A DNA stretch of 64,000 nucleotides from Acidimicrobiia bacterium (GCA_965216495.1 OZ244163.1:1323361-1387360); one strand, 5' to 3'. Positions 37,741 to 47,784 are shown, counted from the stretch's first letter. Program-made: numbers and translations. Notes: generated by a model not told the origin, from the letters alone.

Positions 37741-38816
37741 CGTTGTCGAGTCATCAGCATCGCGTATTCCAATTCGCCAAGCGCGTCGGGCGACGATTCG
37801 CCGTCAATCTGCTGACGAAGGTCTACCCAAGCTGACCCACCCGAGCAGCGCGCCAAAGCCCAGTAAGCGTGTCCTCGCACCAGCGAAGAGGAGTGCTCGA
37901 ACTGAGATCTGATGGCCATGTCAACTCCTGGCTCAGCGGAGTTGCCAGCCGCCACGACGAGATTTCGCCGAATATGGCGCGCTTGCTTTTTGGGGACGTA
38001 CCAATGAGCGAACCTCTCCAACAAGTCGTCGTCAGAGGAGGCGATGAGGGTCGCAAACGAAGGCAAGTCTGGTTGTGCGGGCGCCGCGCCCAGCTGGGGG
38101 TGGCCTGGAGGGCAGGCTGTCAAGCAGTCGTCGCACCCGTAGATCCGCCGCTCGATGTACGGGCGAATCCATCTCGGAATGGTGCCGGGAGCCTGAAGCC
38201 ATGCAGCAATGCAGCGGCGCGCATCCAGACCGATAGGAGTGATGGCCTGGGTGGGGCACGCCGGAATGCAGTCATGACAAGTGCCGCATGAGCGCACCAT
38301 CGGCTCGGAGGCCTCGAGGTCGAGGTCGGTAACAACCGACCCAAAAAGGGTCCAGGGGCCGTACCCGGGTGTCAAGACCATCGTGGAGCGTCCCATCCAC
38401 CCGGCCCCGGACCGGATCGCAGCACCACGATCGACCAGATCGTTGTCGTCGGCGAGGATCGCAGTTCTCGCCCCTGACCCTTCGAGGAGGCTCGAGATCG
38501 TTTCGAGGACACGTCGCAATGGGGCGTAGCGGTCGGTCATGGCAAACCGGGCGACGACGGGACCTGAGGATGGTTCGCGTGCCGGGACCGGGTACCCGCA
38601 CCCGACCACCACCAAGCTCTTGGCCCAAGGAAAGGAGTCCCTGACATCGGTTGAGCGCGTCGGATGGGCATATGTGAAGTGAAGTCGTCCGTTCATACCC
38701 GCCGACTTCGCTAGCTCGATTCGCCTTCTCGATCGAGTGAAGGTGTCCGCCGAGGCAACCCTCGCCACGTCGGCACCAGCCATTCGGCACTCGTCGAGCA
38801 ATATGGCCGTGTCCAC
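37737..38816 (-). CDS. queG: tRNA epoxyqueuosine(34) reductase
   Basis: Two 4Fe-4S ferredoxin motifs (CGTCHDCIPACP, CDDCLTACP) plus a C-terminal HEAT-like region. Confidence 0.85.
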   Translation of the reverse strand: MDTAILLDECRMAGADVARVASADTFTRSRRRIELAKSAGMNGRLHFTYAHPTRSTDVRDSFPWAKSLVVVGCGYPVPAREPSSGPVVARFAMTDRYAPLRRVLETISSLLEGSGARTAILADDNDLVDRGAAIRSGAGWMGRSTMVLTPGYGPWTLFGSVVTDLDLEASEPMVRSCGTCHDCIPACPTQAITPIGLDARRCIAAWLQAPGTIPRWIRPYIERRIYGCDDCLTACPPGHPQLGAAPAQPDLPSFATLIASSDDDLLERFAHWYVPKKQARHIRRNLVVAAGNSAEPGVDMAIRSQFEHSSSLVRGHAYWALARCSGGSAWVDLRQQIDGESSPDALGELEYAMLMTRQR

Positions 38817-38990
38817 GGGGCCAGTGTGGCAGGACGTCGATTACCGAATCCGCGTCGAGGGCAAATACAATTCGACCCATCACGCACGCCTGTCAACCCC
38901 TCACTGGTCGAGTTCGCTCGAATGAGGGCCTTTCGAAAGCGAAAGGGGGCCGGGCCCAGCGGGCGGAGGTACAACCAGAAAGGAATACAC

Positions 38991-39725
38991 GTGGCTGAAG
39001 TCACTATGAAACAGCTCTTGGAGGCGGGCGTCCATTTCGGTCATCAGACCAGGCGCTGGGATCCCAAGATGAGCCCGTACATCTACGGGGAGAGAAACGG
39101 CATCCACATCGTTGACCTGAGGCAGACGGTGGTCCAGGTTGCGGAGGCAGTCGAGTTCGTCAAACAGATCGCAATCAATGGTGGATCGGTCTTGTTCATC
39201 GGCACCAAGAAGCAGGCGCAGGCCTCCGTCGCCAACGCAGCGGACAAATCAGGCATGCCATATGTGAACTACCGATGGCTCGGAGGAATGCTCACCAACT
39301 TCCAGACGATCCAAAAGCGGGTCTTCTATATGAAGGAGTTGAGAAGGCTTGAAGAGACAGGCGACATGAACTCTCTTCCAAAGAAGGAACGTCTCAAGCT
39401 GCGTCGAGAACTCGAGAAGCTCGAGCAGAACCTCGGCGGAGTGGCAACTATGTCGAAACTGCCTGACGCCGTCTTCATCGTCGACGTCAACACAGAGGAA
39501 ACTGCGGTCCGTGAGGCCGACCGGTTGGGTATTCCGATCATCGCCCTTGTCGACACCAACTCGGATCCCGATCCTGTGGACTTCGTCATCCCCGGGAACG
39601 ACGACGCTATGAGAGCATCGGACCTGATCGCTTCCGCACTGGCAGACGCCATCGTTGAGGGCAAGGAAATTGCCTCCAAGAAGAAGCCGGCCAAGCAAGA
39701 GGCCGCCACCAGCAAGGAGTCCTGA
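38991..39725 (+). CDS. rpsB: 30S ribosomal protein S2
   Basis: Start set to GTG 38991 (VAEVTMKQLLEAGVHFGHQTRRWDPKM) with AAAGGA 7 nt upstream; the track ORF's 5' extension to 38826 is non-coding. Confidence 0.95.
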   Translation: MAEVTMKQLLEAGVHFGHQTRRWDPKMSPYIYGERNGIHIVDLRQTVVQVAEAVEFVKQIAINGGSVLFIGTKKQAQASVANAADKSGMPYVNYRWLGGMLTNFQTIQKRVFYMKELRRLEETGDMNSLPKKERLKLRRELEKLEQNLGGVATMSKLPDAVFIVDVNTEETAVREADRLGIPIIALVDTNSDPDPVDFVIPGNDDAMRASDLIASALADAIVEGKEIASKKKPAKQEAATSKES

Positions 39726-39726
39726 G

Positions 39727-40338
39727 TTGGCCGAATTCACCGCCAAAGACATTCAGAAACTGCGGCAGGACGCCGGTGTCGGGATGATGGACGCCAAGAA
39801 AGCGCTGACGGACGCTGGTGGAGACCTCGACAAGGCGTTTGAGCTCCTAAGGGAGCGGGGCCAGGCGAAAATGGCGAAGCGTGCCGACCGTGAGGCAAGC
39901 GAAGGCACAATCGGTACATACATTCACCTCCAGAATGACCGTCCGGTGATGGGCGTCCTTGTCGCCTTGGCCTGCGAGACGGACTTCGTGGCGAAGAGCG
40001 ATGAGTTCCGACGCACAGCAGATGACATTGCAATGCACATCAGTTGGGCCAACCCACAATGGATTACCCGAGAGCACGCAGATACCGAGGCCGTCGATAA
40101 GGAGCGTGAGCTAATCGCTCGTCAGGCGATAGCGGAGGGCAAACCTGAGGCAGTGGTCGACAAGATCGTTGACGGAAAGATCGACTCCTGGTTTGCGGAC
40201 AATGTTCTCTACGACCAGAAGTTCGTCAACCCGGAGACCTACGACGGAACTGTGGGTGACATGGTCGGGGCGTTGGCTGCCAAGATGGGTGAGAACATCT
40301 CGGTGACTGAGATTTCCCGAATATCGGTCGGTGGTTAG
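39727..40338 (+). CDS. tsf: elongation factor Ts (short form)
   Basis: Start at TTG 39727 ([27 protein letters not shown], the EF-Ts UBA-like N-terminus) with AGGAG 8 nt upstream. Confidence 0.9.
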   Translation: MAEFTAKDIQKLRQDAGVGMMDAKKALTDAGGDLDKAFELLRERGQAKMAKRADREASEGTIGTYIHLQNDRPVMGVLVALACETDFVAKSDEFRRTADDIAMHISWANPQWITREHADTEAVDKERELIARQAIAEGKPEAVVDKIVDGKIDSWFADNVLYDQKFVNPETYDGTVGDMVGALAAKMGENISVTEISRISVGG

Positions 40339-41059
40339 CGGGTTGAGCGACCAGTCCAACAGGCGAGTACTTCTCAAACTCTCTGGAGAGGCGTTTGCGG
40401 ATCCTGAAATCGGCTACGGCATCGACCCGGTGACGGTGCACCGCGTGGCCGAAGAGATCGCAGTAGCGGTCACGGAGGGGGTTCAGGTCGCCGTGGTTGT
40501 AGGAGGAGGAAACATCTTTCGTGGGGTCAGTCAGGCTGCGAAGGGCATGGAGCGGGCGAACGCCGACTACATGGGCATGCTGGCGACTGTTATCAATGCC
40601 CTGGCTCTCCGAGACGCATTGGAGAACGTCGGTGTCGTTACTCGGGTCCAAAGCGCGATAACCATGCAGGAACTTGCTGAGCCATATATTCGGCTCAGGG
40701 CGATTCGCCACCTGGAGAAGGGCCGTGTGGTGGTTTTCGCTGCCGGCACTGGCAACCCATTCTTTACCACCGATACGACAGCAGCCCTGAGAGCCATCGA
40801 GATCAACGCCCAAGAGCTCCTCAAAGCATCGAAGGTCGACGGCATCTACGATTCTGACCCCAACGAGAACGACGAGGCCAACCGTCACCACGAACTCGCT
40901 TATATGGATCTGATTTCTGGTGAACTCCAGGTCATGGACACAACCGCCGTTACGATGTGCAAAGAGCACAATGTGCCGATCCACGTGTTCGATATGACCG
41001 TTCCCGGGAACATTGTCCAGGCGGTTAGAGGTGATCGGATCGGCACCATCGTTCATTAG
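40331..41059 (+). CDS. pyrH: UMP kinase
   Basis: ..[21 protein letters not shown].. amino-acid-kinase fold. Confidence 0.95.
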   Translation: MVSGLSDQSNRRVLLKLSGEAFADPEIGYGIDPVTVHRVAEEIAVAVTEGVQVAVVVGGGNIFRGVSQAAKGMERANADYMGMLATVINALALRDALENVGVVTRVQSAITMQELAEPYIRLRAIRHLEKGRVVVFAAGTGNPFFTTDTTAALRAIEINAQELLKASKVDGIYDSDPNENDEANRHHELAYMDLISGELQVMDTTAVTMCKEHNVPIHVFDMTVPGNIVQAVRGDRIGTIVH

Positions 41060-41067
41060 GAGCCGAC

Positions 41068-41619
41068 ATGATCAGCGACTTGCTCAAAGAGGCCGAAAAC
41101 AAGATGGACATGGCTGTGGACCATGTTGCTTCTGAGTTCGGGACCGTCCGTACGGGCCGGGCCAACCCACAACTGCTACAGCGGATTCACGTGTCCTACT
41201 ACGGATCGCCGACGCCGCTCCAGCAATTGGCGTCGATCTCCGTACCTGAACCTCGACTCTTGGTTGTCCAGCCATTCGACAAAGGGACGGTCAACGACAT
41301 CGAGAAAGCCATCCAGCAGGCTGATCTCGGCCTCAACCCGACCAATGACGGCTCGGTTGTCAGGATTGCCTTTCCGACGCTCACCGAGGAGCGCCGCAAA
41401 GAGTTGATCAAAGTCGTGAGGAACATGGCCGAAGAAGGTCGGATCGCCGTTCGCAACGTCCGCCGGCACTCCAAGTCCGACATGGAGGCACTCCATGGCG
41501 AGATTTCCGACGATGACATCAGACGTGGCGAGGAAGATCTCCAGAAGCTGACTGACCGTTTTGTGGCCCGGATCGATGAGATCCTCGGTAACAAAGAAGA
41601 CGAGCTACTCGAGGTCTGA
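41068..41619 (+). CDS. frr: ribosome recycling factor
   Basis: 183 aa; canonical RRF sequence. Confidence 0.95.
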   Translation: MISDLLKEAENKMDMAVDHVASEFGTVRTGRANPQLLQRIHVSYYGSPTPLQQLASISVPEPRLLVVQPFDKGTVNDIEKAIQQADLGLNPTNDGSVVRIAFPTLTEERRKELIKVVRNMAEEGRIAVRNVRRHSKSDMEALHGEISDDDIRRGEEDLQKLTDRFVARIDEILGNKEDELLEV

Positions 41620-42746
41620 TGGCGAACGACGAAGTCACTGAAGACGGCGGTAACGAAGAACTGCCGTTCGGCGGAGATGATGAAAAGGTCGATGTTGACG
41701 AAGGGTCCCCGGATTGGGACGCCATCGAAACGCCCGAGCTGACCCCAGAGGACTATCTCAAAGGGACCACGGAGGAGTACAAGGGCCTAGCTGAAGAGAT
41801 TGAGCGAGCCTCCACCGAGGAGTGGGAGATGCAGGCCGTGGCGGCTTCGCTTCCCGGAGTCGAATCCGGTCTGGTGACCTTTGACGACGTCTCGGGAACG
41901 GAAAGCGTCTCCGAAGAGTCGTATGAGGCAATTGAGCAGGCAGCCAGCTCAGATCTCACGATGCGTGTGGGGACTGCCCTGATCATCTTTGGGTTATTCC
42001 TGGGGAGCCTGGTGCTCGGCGGATGGTGGTTTACCGCGTTCGTGACCCTGGTGATGGTGGTGGGACTGGGCGAGCTCTACGCAACGTTGCGGTCCAGGGG
42101 TTACCGGCCGCTGGCGCTTTTTGGCTTGCTCGGCGTGCTTTTCGTCGGCATAGGGGCCCATAACGCGGGCGCATCGGCGATCGGAGGTTGGGTCGCCGGG
42201 ACAACCATTGTGATCATCCTGTTCTATTCGCTGGCGCAGCGTCGGGACTCGCTCGCCAACATGTCGGTCACCATCGTCGGCATGGCGTGGGTGGCGATGC
42301 TGGCATTCGCCATCCTGATCGCTCGCGGAGCTAACCCAATAGCCAACATCTTCTTCTTGGTGCTGGTCGTGGCCGGCAACGACATTGGCGCCTATTTTGC
42401 TGGTAAAGGTTTTGGGCGTCACAAGCTTGCCCCAGCTGTATCGCCTTCCAAGACCGTTGAGGGGTTCGTGGGCGGTCTCGTGGTATCGGTCCTTCTTGGC
42501 GCCCTTCTGGCTGTGTTCCCTCCATGGGAACACATCAGTGTCAGCCAGGCCATCCTCATTGCGTTGCTGGCCAGTGTCATGGCCCCCATTGGTGATCTGG
42601 TCGAGTCGATGGTGAAGAGAACGCTGGATGTGAAGGACATGGGATCGGTATTGCCAGGTCACGGAGGCATGCTCGACCGGATTGACGGTTTCTTGTTCGC
42701 TGCACCCGCCATCTACGTGTTGCTGCGCGGTTTCGGTCTGCTGTGA
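41619..42746 (+). CDS. cdsA: phosphatidate cytidylyltransferase with ~95-aa acidic N-terminal extension
   Basis: C-terminal CTP-transferase signature (..SPSKTVEGFVGG..GHGGMLDRIDGFLFAAP). Confidence 0.85.
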   Translation: MANDEVTEDGGNEELPFGGDDEKVDVDEGSPDWDAIETPELTPEDYLKGTTEEYKGLAEEIERASTEEWEMQAVAASLPGVESGLVTFDDVSGTESVSEESYEAIEQAASSDLTMRVGTALIIFGLFLGSLVLGGWWFTAFVTLVMVVGLGELYATLRSRGYRPLALFGLLGVLFVGIGAHNAGASAIGGWVAGTTIVIILFYSLAQRRDSLANMSVTIVGMAWVAMLAFAILIARGANPIANIFFLVLVVAGNDIGAYFAGKGFGRHKLAPAVSPSKTVEGFVGGLVVSVLLGALLAVFPPWEHISVSQAILIALLASVMAPIGDLVESMVKRTLDVKDMGSVLPGHGGMLDRIDGFLFAAPAIYVLLRGFGLL

Positions 42747-43888
42747 CCTCCCCTCTGGCGATCCTGGGTGCAACAGGATCGATTGGCCGCCAGACCCTCG
42801 ACGTCAGCGCCAACCTCGGCCTCGAAGTCGCCTGTGTTGCCGCTCTTCATGCGTCGTCGGAGCTATTGGAGATCGCGCGAGTCAACCCGAGCGCCACCGT
42901 CATCGTGGTTGGTGATTCCCATAGTCGGCGCGCCGACTTCGCAGAGGCTGCGCCAAACAAGGTGTTGTTCGGTCCCGAGTCGATGATCGAAGTGATTGCT
43001 TCCGAATCCTTGACAGTGGTCAATGGGATCGTTGGTGCAGCAGGACTGAAAGCGACTCTTGCGGCATTACAAGCGGGCAATCGAGTCGCGCTGGCCAACA
43101 AGGAGAGCCTGGTAGCCGGCGGGCCGTTGGTGCAGGCTGCACTCGAACAAGGTGGAGGAGAGCTAGTTCCCGTCGATTCGGAGCATTCGGCGATATTCCA
43201 ATGTCTGCAAGGCGAACCAGAAGGAGCCGCGGTGCGGCTGATTCTGACTGCATCGGGAGGGCCGTTCCGAACTTGGAGTGCGGATAAGATGGCCACAGCC
43301 ACTGTTCAGGATGCGTTGCGGCATCCAACATGGGACATGGGGCAGAGGATCACGGTCGATTCGGCGACGATGTTCAACAAGGGCCTCGAAATCATCGAGG
43401 CCCATTGGTTGTTTGGTTTCGAGTACGACGCGATCGATGTCGTGGTACATCCGCAGTCGATCGTGCATTCGGCTGTGGCTTTTCGCGACGGTTCCCTCAA
43501 GGCTCATTTGGGCAACGCTGACATGCGTACCCCTATCCAATACGCCCTCACCTTTCCGGAGAGGGCTCCTGAACCTGGCGCACCGTTCGACCTCGCCGAC
43601 TCCAGCCTTGATTTCCACCGCCCGGATCCTGATCGGTTTCCGGCGCTGGCAATCTCACGAGAGGCGGGACGCACCGGTGGCACTGCACCAGCCGTTCTGA
43701 ATGCTGCCGATGAGGTGGCCGTGGCGGCGTTTTTGCAGGGCCGCTTGGGGTTCCTCGGAATCGCTGAGGTAGTGGGAAAGACACTCGACTCGATGGGTCA
43801 TTCAGAGGTACGCGATGTCGACTCGGTGATCGAGGCCGACCAAGAGGCACGAGCATTGGCAGCGTCATTGATTTCAGGGATGTGCTGA
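42743..43888 (+). CDS. dxr: 1-deoxy-D-xylulose 5-phosphate reductoisomerase
   Basis: ILGATGSIGRQTLDV NADPH motif and DXR core. Confidence 0.95.
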   Translation: MTSPLAILGATGSIGRQTLDVSANLGLEVACVAALHASSELLEIARVNPSATVIVVGDSHSRRADFAEAAPNKVLFGPESMIEVIASESLTVVNGIVGAAGLKATLAALQAGNRVALANKESLVAGGPLVQAALEQGGGELVPVDSEHSAIFQCLQGEPEGAAVRLILTASGGPFRTWSADKMATATVQDALRHPTWDMGQRITVDSATMFNKGLEIIEAHWLFGFEYDAIDVVVHPQSIVHSAVAFRDGSLKAHLGNADMRTPIQYALTFPERAPEPGAPFDLADSSLDFHRPDPDRFPALAISREAGRTGGTAPAVLNAADEVAVAAFLQGRLGFLGIAEVVGKTLDSMGHSEVRDVDSVIEADQEARALAASLISGMC

Positions 43889-43915
43889 AAAGCGCTCCGG
43901 TCTGGGTACCGTGGA

Positions 43916-45001
43916 GTGGACATGCTTGGGGGTCTCACCGCAGCCGTAGCCATTCTCCTCTTCGTCACTGCACACGAAGCTGGACACTTCATCGCGGCCA
44001 AATCTGTGGGGATGAAGGCGACAGAGTTCTTCTTCGGGTTCGGCCCAAAGCTCTGGTCGACTCAGCGTGGTGAGACCGAATACGGGGTGAAGCTGCTTCC
44101 GCTTGGCGGCTACGTGCGGATCATCGGCATGAATCCGCTTGAGGAAGTAGCGCCCGAGGATTTGGGCCGCACCTACAGGGAGAAGAAGTTTTGGGAGAAG
44201 TCGGTAGTCGTGCTCGCCGGCGTTGGCACGAACTTCCTCATCGCGTTTTTGATGTTTTGGGGGCTGCTTTTGTTCAACGGCATTTCCGAGCCGGTACCCC
44301 TAGTGCGCGAACTTGTCGAGGAGTCTCCGGCCGCTGCTGCAGGGATCCAGGAGGGTGATGTGATCACGGCACTGGGCGACGTTGAGGTCAGCACCTGGGA
44401 CAGTCTCACTGATGCTCTGGACGCAGGCCCGGGAGAGACTTTGGTTGAACTCATTCGGGATGGCAGCAACGTTGCTGTCACCGTCGAACTGACCGAGAGT
44501 GACACCATTCCAGGTCGTGGTTTCCTCGGTATTCGCCCCGAGGTCGAAGACAGGTCAGTCGGCTTGGGTGAAAGCGTGGGACTGGCCGGGCAGGCCGTCT
44601 GGGGAGGCATTGGAGACACCTTCACGACCCTGTCCCAGATGTTTCGACCGTCGAGTCTGGGGCGCTACGCCGGAGTGTTGGTCGGCAACACCGAGGTGCC
44701 TGACGAGATCCGACCGGTGAGCCCGATCGGAATCGTCTCAATCGGCGCGCAAACTCAAAACATCGCCGGTTTCTTGGGAATCTTGGCGTACATCAATGTC
44801 ATCCTTGCCACTATCAACTTGTTGCCACTCTTCCCCCTAGACGGAGGACACTTCGCTGTGGCGCTTTATGAGAAGGTGACCGGCCGCGCTGCGAACATAC
44901 GCCGCCTGATGCCTGTCGCCGCTGCTGTGGTCGCTGCCCTGTTCTTCTTGGGTTTTGTTGCCATAATCCTGGACATCGTCAATCCCATCGAACTCAACTA
45001 A
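43916..45001 (+). CDS. RIP (site-2 protease) family zinc metalloprotease with PDZ domain
   Basis: HEAGHF zinc motif in the first TM, PDZ domain, C-terminal LPLFPLDGGH motif. Confidence 0.85.
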   Translation: MDMLGGLTAAVAILLFVTAHEAGHFIAAKSVGMKATEFFFGFGPKLWSTQRGETEYGVKLLPLGGYVRIIGMNPLEEVAPEDLGRTYREKKFWEKSVVVLAGVGTNFLIAFLMFWGLLLFNGISEPVPLVRELVEESPAAAAGIQEGDVITALGDVEVSTWDSLTDALDAGPGETLVELIRDGSNVAVTVELTESDTIPGRGFLGIRPEVEDRSVGLGESVGLAGQAVWGGIGDTFTTLSQMFRPSSLGRYAGVLVGNTEVPDEIRPVSPIGIVSIGAQTQNIAGFLGILAYINVILATINLLPLFPLDGGHFAVALYEKVTGRAANIRRLMPVAAAVVAALFFLGFVAIILDIVNPIELN

Positions 45002-45004
45002 CTC

Positions 45005-46219
45005 GTGACGTTTGATCGTCGCAAGACCAGGCAACTACTGGTGCGAGACGTTCCGGTGGGCGGGTTGGCCCCCGTCTCCGTTCAGTCGATGACCACGACC
45101 AAGACCGCCGACGTGGACGGTACGTTGGCCCAGATCTATGCGCTGGCCGGTGCGGGAGCGGACATAGTTCGCGTGACCTGCAACGACGTCGAGGCAGCCC
45201 AGGGGCTGGCCGAGATGATGCCGCGGAGCCCGGTGCCGATCATCGCCGACATTCACTACCAGTACCGGTTGGCGCTTGCCGCCATGGAAGCCGGAGTTGA
45301 TGGGCTTCGCCTCAATCCGGGAAACATCCGAAAAGAGGAGCACATCAAGGTCGTCGCCCGTGAGGCCAAAGATCGAGGGTTGCCGATCCGCGTAGGGGTC
45401 AACGCCGGATCGTTAGACAAGGACCTTCTCGAAAAGTACGGATCGGCGATTCCCGAATCTCTTGTCGAGTCGGCATTGAAGGAGATTCGTTACTTAGAGG
45501 ATGTCGACTTCAACGACATCAAGATCTCGGTCAAGCACTCGTCTGTGCGGCTGATGGTGGAGTCGTACCGGCTTCTGGCTGACACGGTCGACTATCCGCT
45601 GCACCTTGGCGTGACCGAAGCTGGCCCGCCACCCTCAGGCCTGATCAAGTCCGTGGCCGGGATCGCCACCCTGCTTAATGAGGGCATAGGTGACACGATT
45701 CGCTTCTCGCTCACTGCAGACCCAGTCGAAGAGGCAAAGGCGGGTCGCCAACTGCTCGAGTTCTTGGGCTTGCGTGAGAGAAAGGGCCTAGACCTGATCG
45801 CATGCCCATCATGCGGTCGAGCCGAGGTCGATGTGATTGACGTTGCTACCCGCGCCCAGAAGGCACTCGAAGAGGCCAATCTCCCGATCCAGGTTGCAGT
45901 CATGGGGTGTGTAGTCAATGGACCCGGTGAAGCCCGGGAAGCCGATATTGGGATTGCGGCCGGAAGGGGTCGCGGCCATCTTTTCATCAAGGGCCAGGTG
46001 GTACGCGTCGTTCCTGAAGAGGAAATGGTCGATGCCCTTCTCGAGGAGGCCGAGAAGCTTGTGGAAGAGGGTGTGGAGGCCCGGTTGGCTCAAGCTCAAT
46101 CGGACGCTTCACGCATCGCCGAAAACGAGCGCCGGCAACTGCTGGAGATCAAGGGTGACGCCAACAGGGCAGCCGAGCGGCGGGCAAAGGTTGCTGACGT
46201 TGTGGAAGGTGCCGACTGA
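45005..46219 (+). CDS. ispG: 4-hydroxy-3-methylbut-2-en-1-yl diphosphate synthase, with Glu/Ala-rich C-terminal tail
   Basis: ..RRKTRQLLVRDVPVGGLAPVSVQSMTTT.. plus the CPSCGR / ..MGCVVNGPGE Fe-S motifs. Confidence 0.95.
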   Translation: MTFDRRKTRQLLVRDVPVGGLAPVSVQSMTTTKTADVDGTLAQIYALAGAGADIVRVTCNDVEAAQGLAEMMPRSPVPIIADIHYQYRLALAAMEAGVDGLRLNPGNIRKEEHIKVVAREAKDRGLPIRVGVNAGSLDKDLLEKYGSAIPESLVESALKEIRYLEDVDFNDIKISVKHSSVRLMVESYRLLADTVDYPLHLGVTEAGPPPSGLIKSVAGIATLLNEGIGDTIRFSLTADPVEEAKAGRQLLEFLGLRERKGLDLIACPSCGRAEVDVIDVATRAQKALEEANLPIQVAVMGCVVNGPGEAREADIGIAAGRGRGHLFIKGQVVRVVPEEEMVDALLEEAEKLVEEGVEARLAQAQSDASRIAENERRQLLEIKGDANRAAERRAKVADVVEGAD

Positions 46220-46229
46220 GGCTCGTGCC

Positions 46230-47051
46230 CTAGCCGCCTTGACCTTGGCCGCCTTGACCTTGGCCGCCTTGACCTTGGCCGCCTTGACCTTGGCCGCCTT
46301 GACTCCCTGGGTCTTCAGGCTTGCCGGGATCGACCGGTCGGTTCGGTGGGTTCGGAAGGTCAGGTCTCTTCGACCAGTCCGGTCCGTGTTGTTCGCCGTG
46401 GATGGCCCGAGCCAACTCCGAGACGACTTTGCCGTCTGTCTTGTCGGCTGTGAGAACGTATTGGAGGAGTAGGGAGACCGATTCCGGTCGCATCGAGTCA
46501 ACTATCAATGGTTGAGGCTCGCCGACGGTCTCAGCAATTGGCTCGTTGGCCTCAGTTGGCTGCGTTTCGGTCGCGTCCGCCGTCTGCTGTGTCGCCGCTC
46601 GCAGAGCGATGATCGCCTGCTCTGAGGCTCGTTCGGCGCTTCCTCCGTCGCCAATTCCAATGGCCTCCAGGGCGCGGTCGATGCCGTAGTTCCAATCACC
46701 GGGAACCGCGGCGTCAGACGCCATGGCAACGCCTGTGGCGCTCATGAGCATCATTGCGCTCGCCGCCATGGATGCGACCTTACGTCGCAATCCAAGGGCC
46801 ACGCGCTCGGTTCGTTTCATTTCGGCCCCTGTCTCTGCGGTGGTGAGAACAAGACTGGCGGCTTGAGAGATGAGGTCGGGGTCGGCTTCAATCATCTGTG
46901 GTGCAGTGGCGAGCGATCTCAGTTCCGACACAATCGGCTCTAGCTGGGCAATGTCCGAATTCTCCGGTGTTCTGCCCGACATGAGCCGGTCGATATCTCG
47001 GTCGATCATTTCCGTCCAGAGAATGCGAAGACGATGCGCGTCGGGTTTCAT
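46230..47051 (-). CDS. putative membrane-anchored anti-sigma factor with C-terminal (GQGQG)n low-complexity tail
   Basis: 4-nt overlap with the upstream ECF sigma gene; single TM helix VASMAASAMMLMSATGVAMA; the extracytoplasmic part ends PGSQGGQGQGGQGQGGQGQGGQGQGG. Confidence 0.5.
   Translation of the reverse strand: MKPDAHRLRILWTEMIDRDIDRLMSGRTPENSDIAQLEPIVSELRSLATAPQMIEADPDLISQAASLVLTTAETGAEMKRTERVALGLRRKVASMAASAMMLMSATGVAMASDAAVPGDWNYGIDRALEAIGIGDGGSAERASEQAIIALRAATQQTADATETQPTEANEPIAETVGEPQPLIVDSMRPESVSLLLQYVLTADKTDGKVVSELARAIHGEQHGPDWSKRPDLPNPPNRPVDPGKPEDPGSQGGQGQGGQGQGGQGQGGQGQGG
46233..46304. repeat. 15-bp tandem repeat gccgccttgaccttg x ~4.8 (encodes the GQGQG tail on the minus strand)
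   Basis: Perfect copies at 46233, 46248, 46263 and 46278, plus a partial at 46293; unit length is a multiple of 3. Confidence 0.9.
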
Positions 47052-47587
47052 GCCAATACCCCCGGGCTATCGGTCTGGGACCGAAGTCGGGACAGGCCCT
47101 TGCGTTGCAGGCTCTTGACCGTCCAAGTGCCCAAATTGAGGATCTCTCCAACTTGCTCGATCGTCAGTTCGCCCATGATTCGGAGGCTTACGACATCGCG
47201 TTCCCGTACCGGCAGTGACTCAAGACCAGCATGCGGCTGGGTCGGGACGATCAACGGCGCTTCGGTGTCTCGCATGCGTTCAAGGATTCGGTCGCTCAAC
47301 TTGGTGCGCGTGTGTTCCGCTGAGCCTGTGATCTCGGCTAGATAGCGATTGTGGGCGATTGAAAAGAGAAGGGTCTGGAAGTCATCTTCGTCCCCTTGGA
47401 AACGGCCGATCTCTCGGGCCAGGTCGAAGTAGACATCTCCGGCAGCATCCTCCGGGTCGTCGACTCCCACCGCCCGGAAATACCCGGTCAAAGGCCCAGC
47501 GACCTCGCGGTAGATGGTGGCCCAGGCCCATTCGCTGCCGAGCTTGGCGGCATCCATCACCACCTCAAAACTGTGTCCTAGCGACAT
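47048..47587 (-). CDS. ECF-type RNA polymerase sigma-70 family factor
   Basis: 179 aa; region 2 (..LLFSIAHNRYL..) and region 4 (..ESLPVRERDVVSLRIMGELTIEQVGEILNLGTWTVKSLQRKGLSRLR). Confidence 0.8.
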   Translation of the reverse strand: MSLGHSFEVVMDAAKLGSEWAWATIYREVAGPLTGYFRAVGVDDPEDAAGDVYFDLAREIGRFQGDEDDFQTLLFSIAHNRYLAEITGSAEHTRTKLSDRILERMRDTEAPLIVPTQPHAGLESLPVRERDVVSLRIMGELTIEQVGEILNLGTWTVKSLQRKGLSRLRSQTDSPGVLA

Positions 47588-47610
47588 GTCTGGCTCCCAG
47601 CGCGTCTGAG

Positions 47611-47636
47611 GGGTCGCCCGTTTTTGCGGGCGACCC
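47611..47636. other. perfect 10-bp-stem hairpin gggtcgcccg-tttttg-cgggcgaccc in the ECF sigma 5' leader
   Basis: Self-complementary arms. On the minus-strand mRNA it lies ~12 nt 5' of the GGGAG SD and ~23 nt upstream of the sigma ATG (hairpin 47611-47636, SD 47594-47598, ATG 47585-47587). No U-tract on either strand. Confidence 0.5.
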
Positions 47637-47784
47637 GACAGAGGAGAGAGATGTGACTTGGGATCACACGCTCTTATCGACAGATCGACCGAATTTCTTG
47701 GGGACTATTGGACGCGACGCAAATGAACTAGTCACCCATAAAGATATGTCGGTTGAGCTCCGCCCTGACTAGCGTCCTGGCTCG

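Noticed and set aside
38826-38990. 5' extension of rpsB ORF
   Set aside because: S2 homologues start at (M)AxVTMKQLLEAGVHFGH. GTG 38991 has an SD, and the upstream stretch is the divergent queG/rpsB promoter region.
39655-39726. ATG-initiated 5' extension of tsf overlapping rpsB by 71 nt
   Set aside because: The conserved EF-Ts N-terminus begins at TTG 39727 ([10 protein letters not shown]), which has AGGAG 8 nt upstream. The extension is Arg/Pro-rich junk.
46233-46304. Possible CRISPR-like array
   Set aside because: The 15-bp units are directly tandem with no spacers and lie inside a CDS, so this is a coding microsatellite, not a CRISPR array.
47359-47772. 137-aa ORF in the sigma/proS intergenic region
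   Set aside because: Overlaps the ECF sigma gene antisense; Arg/Pro-rich composition; no RBS.
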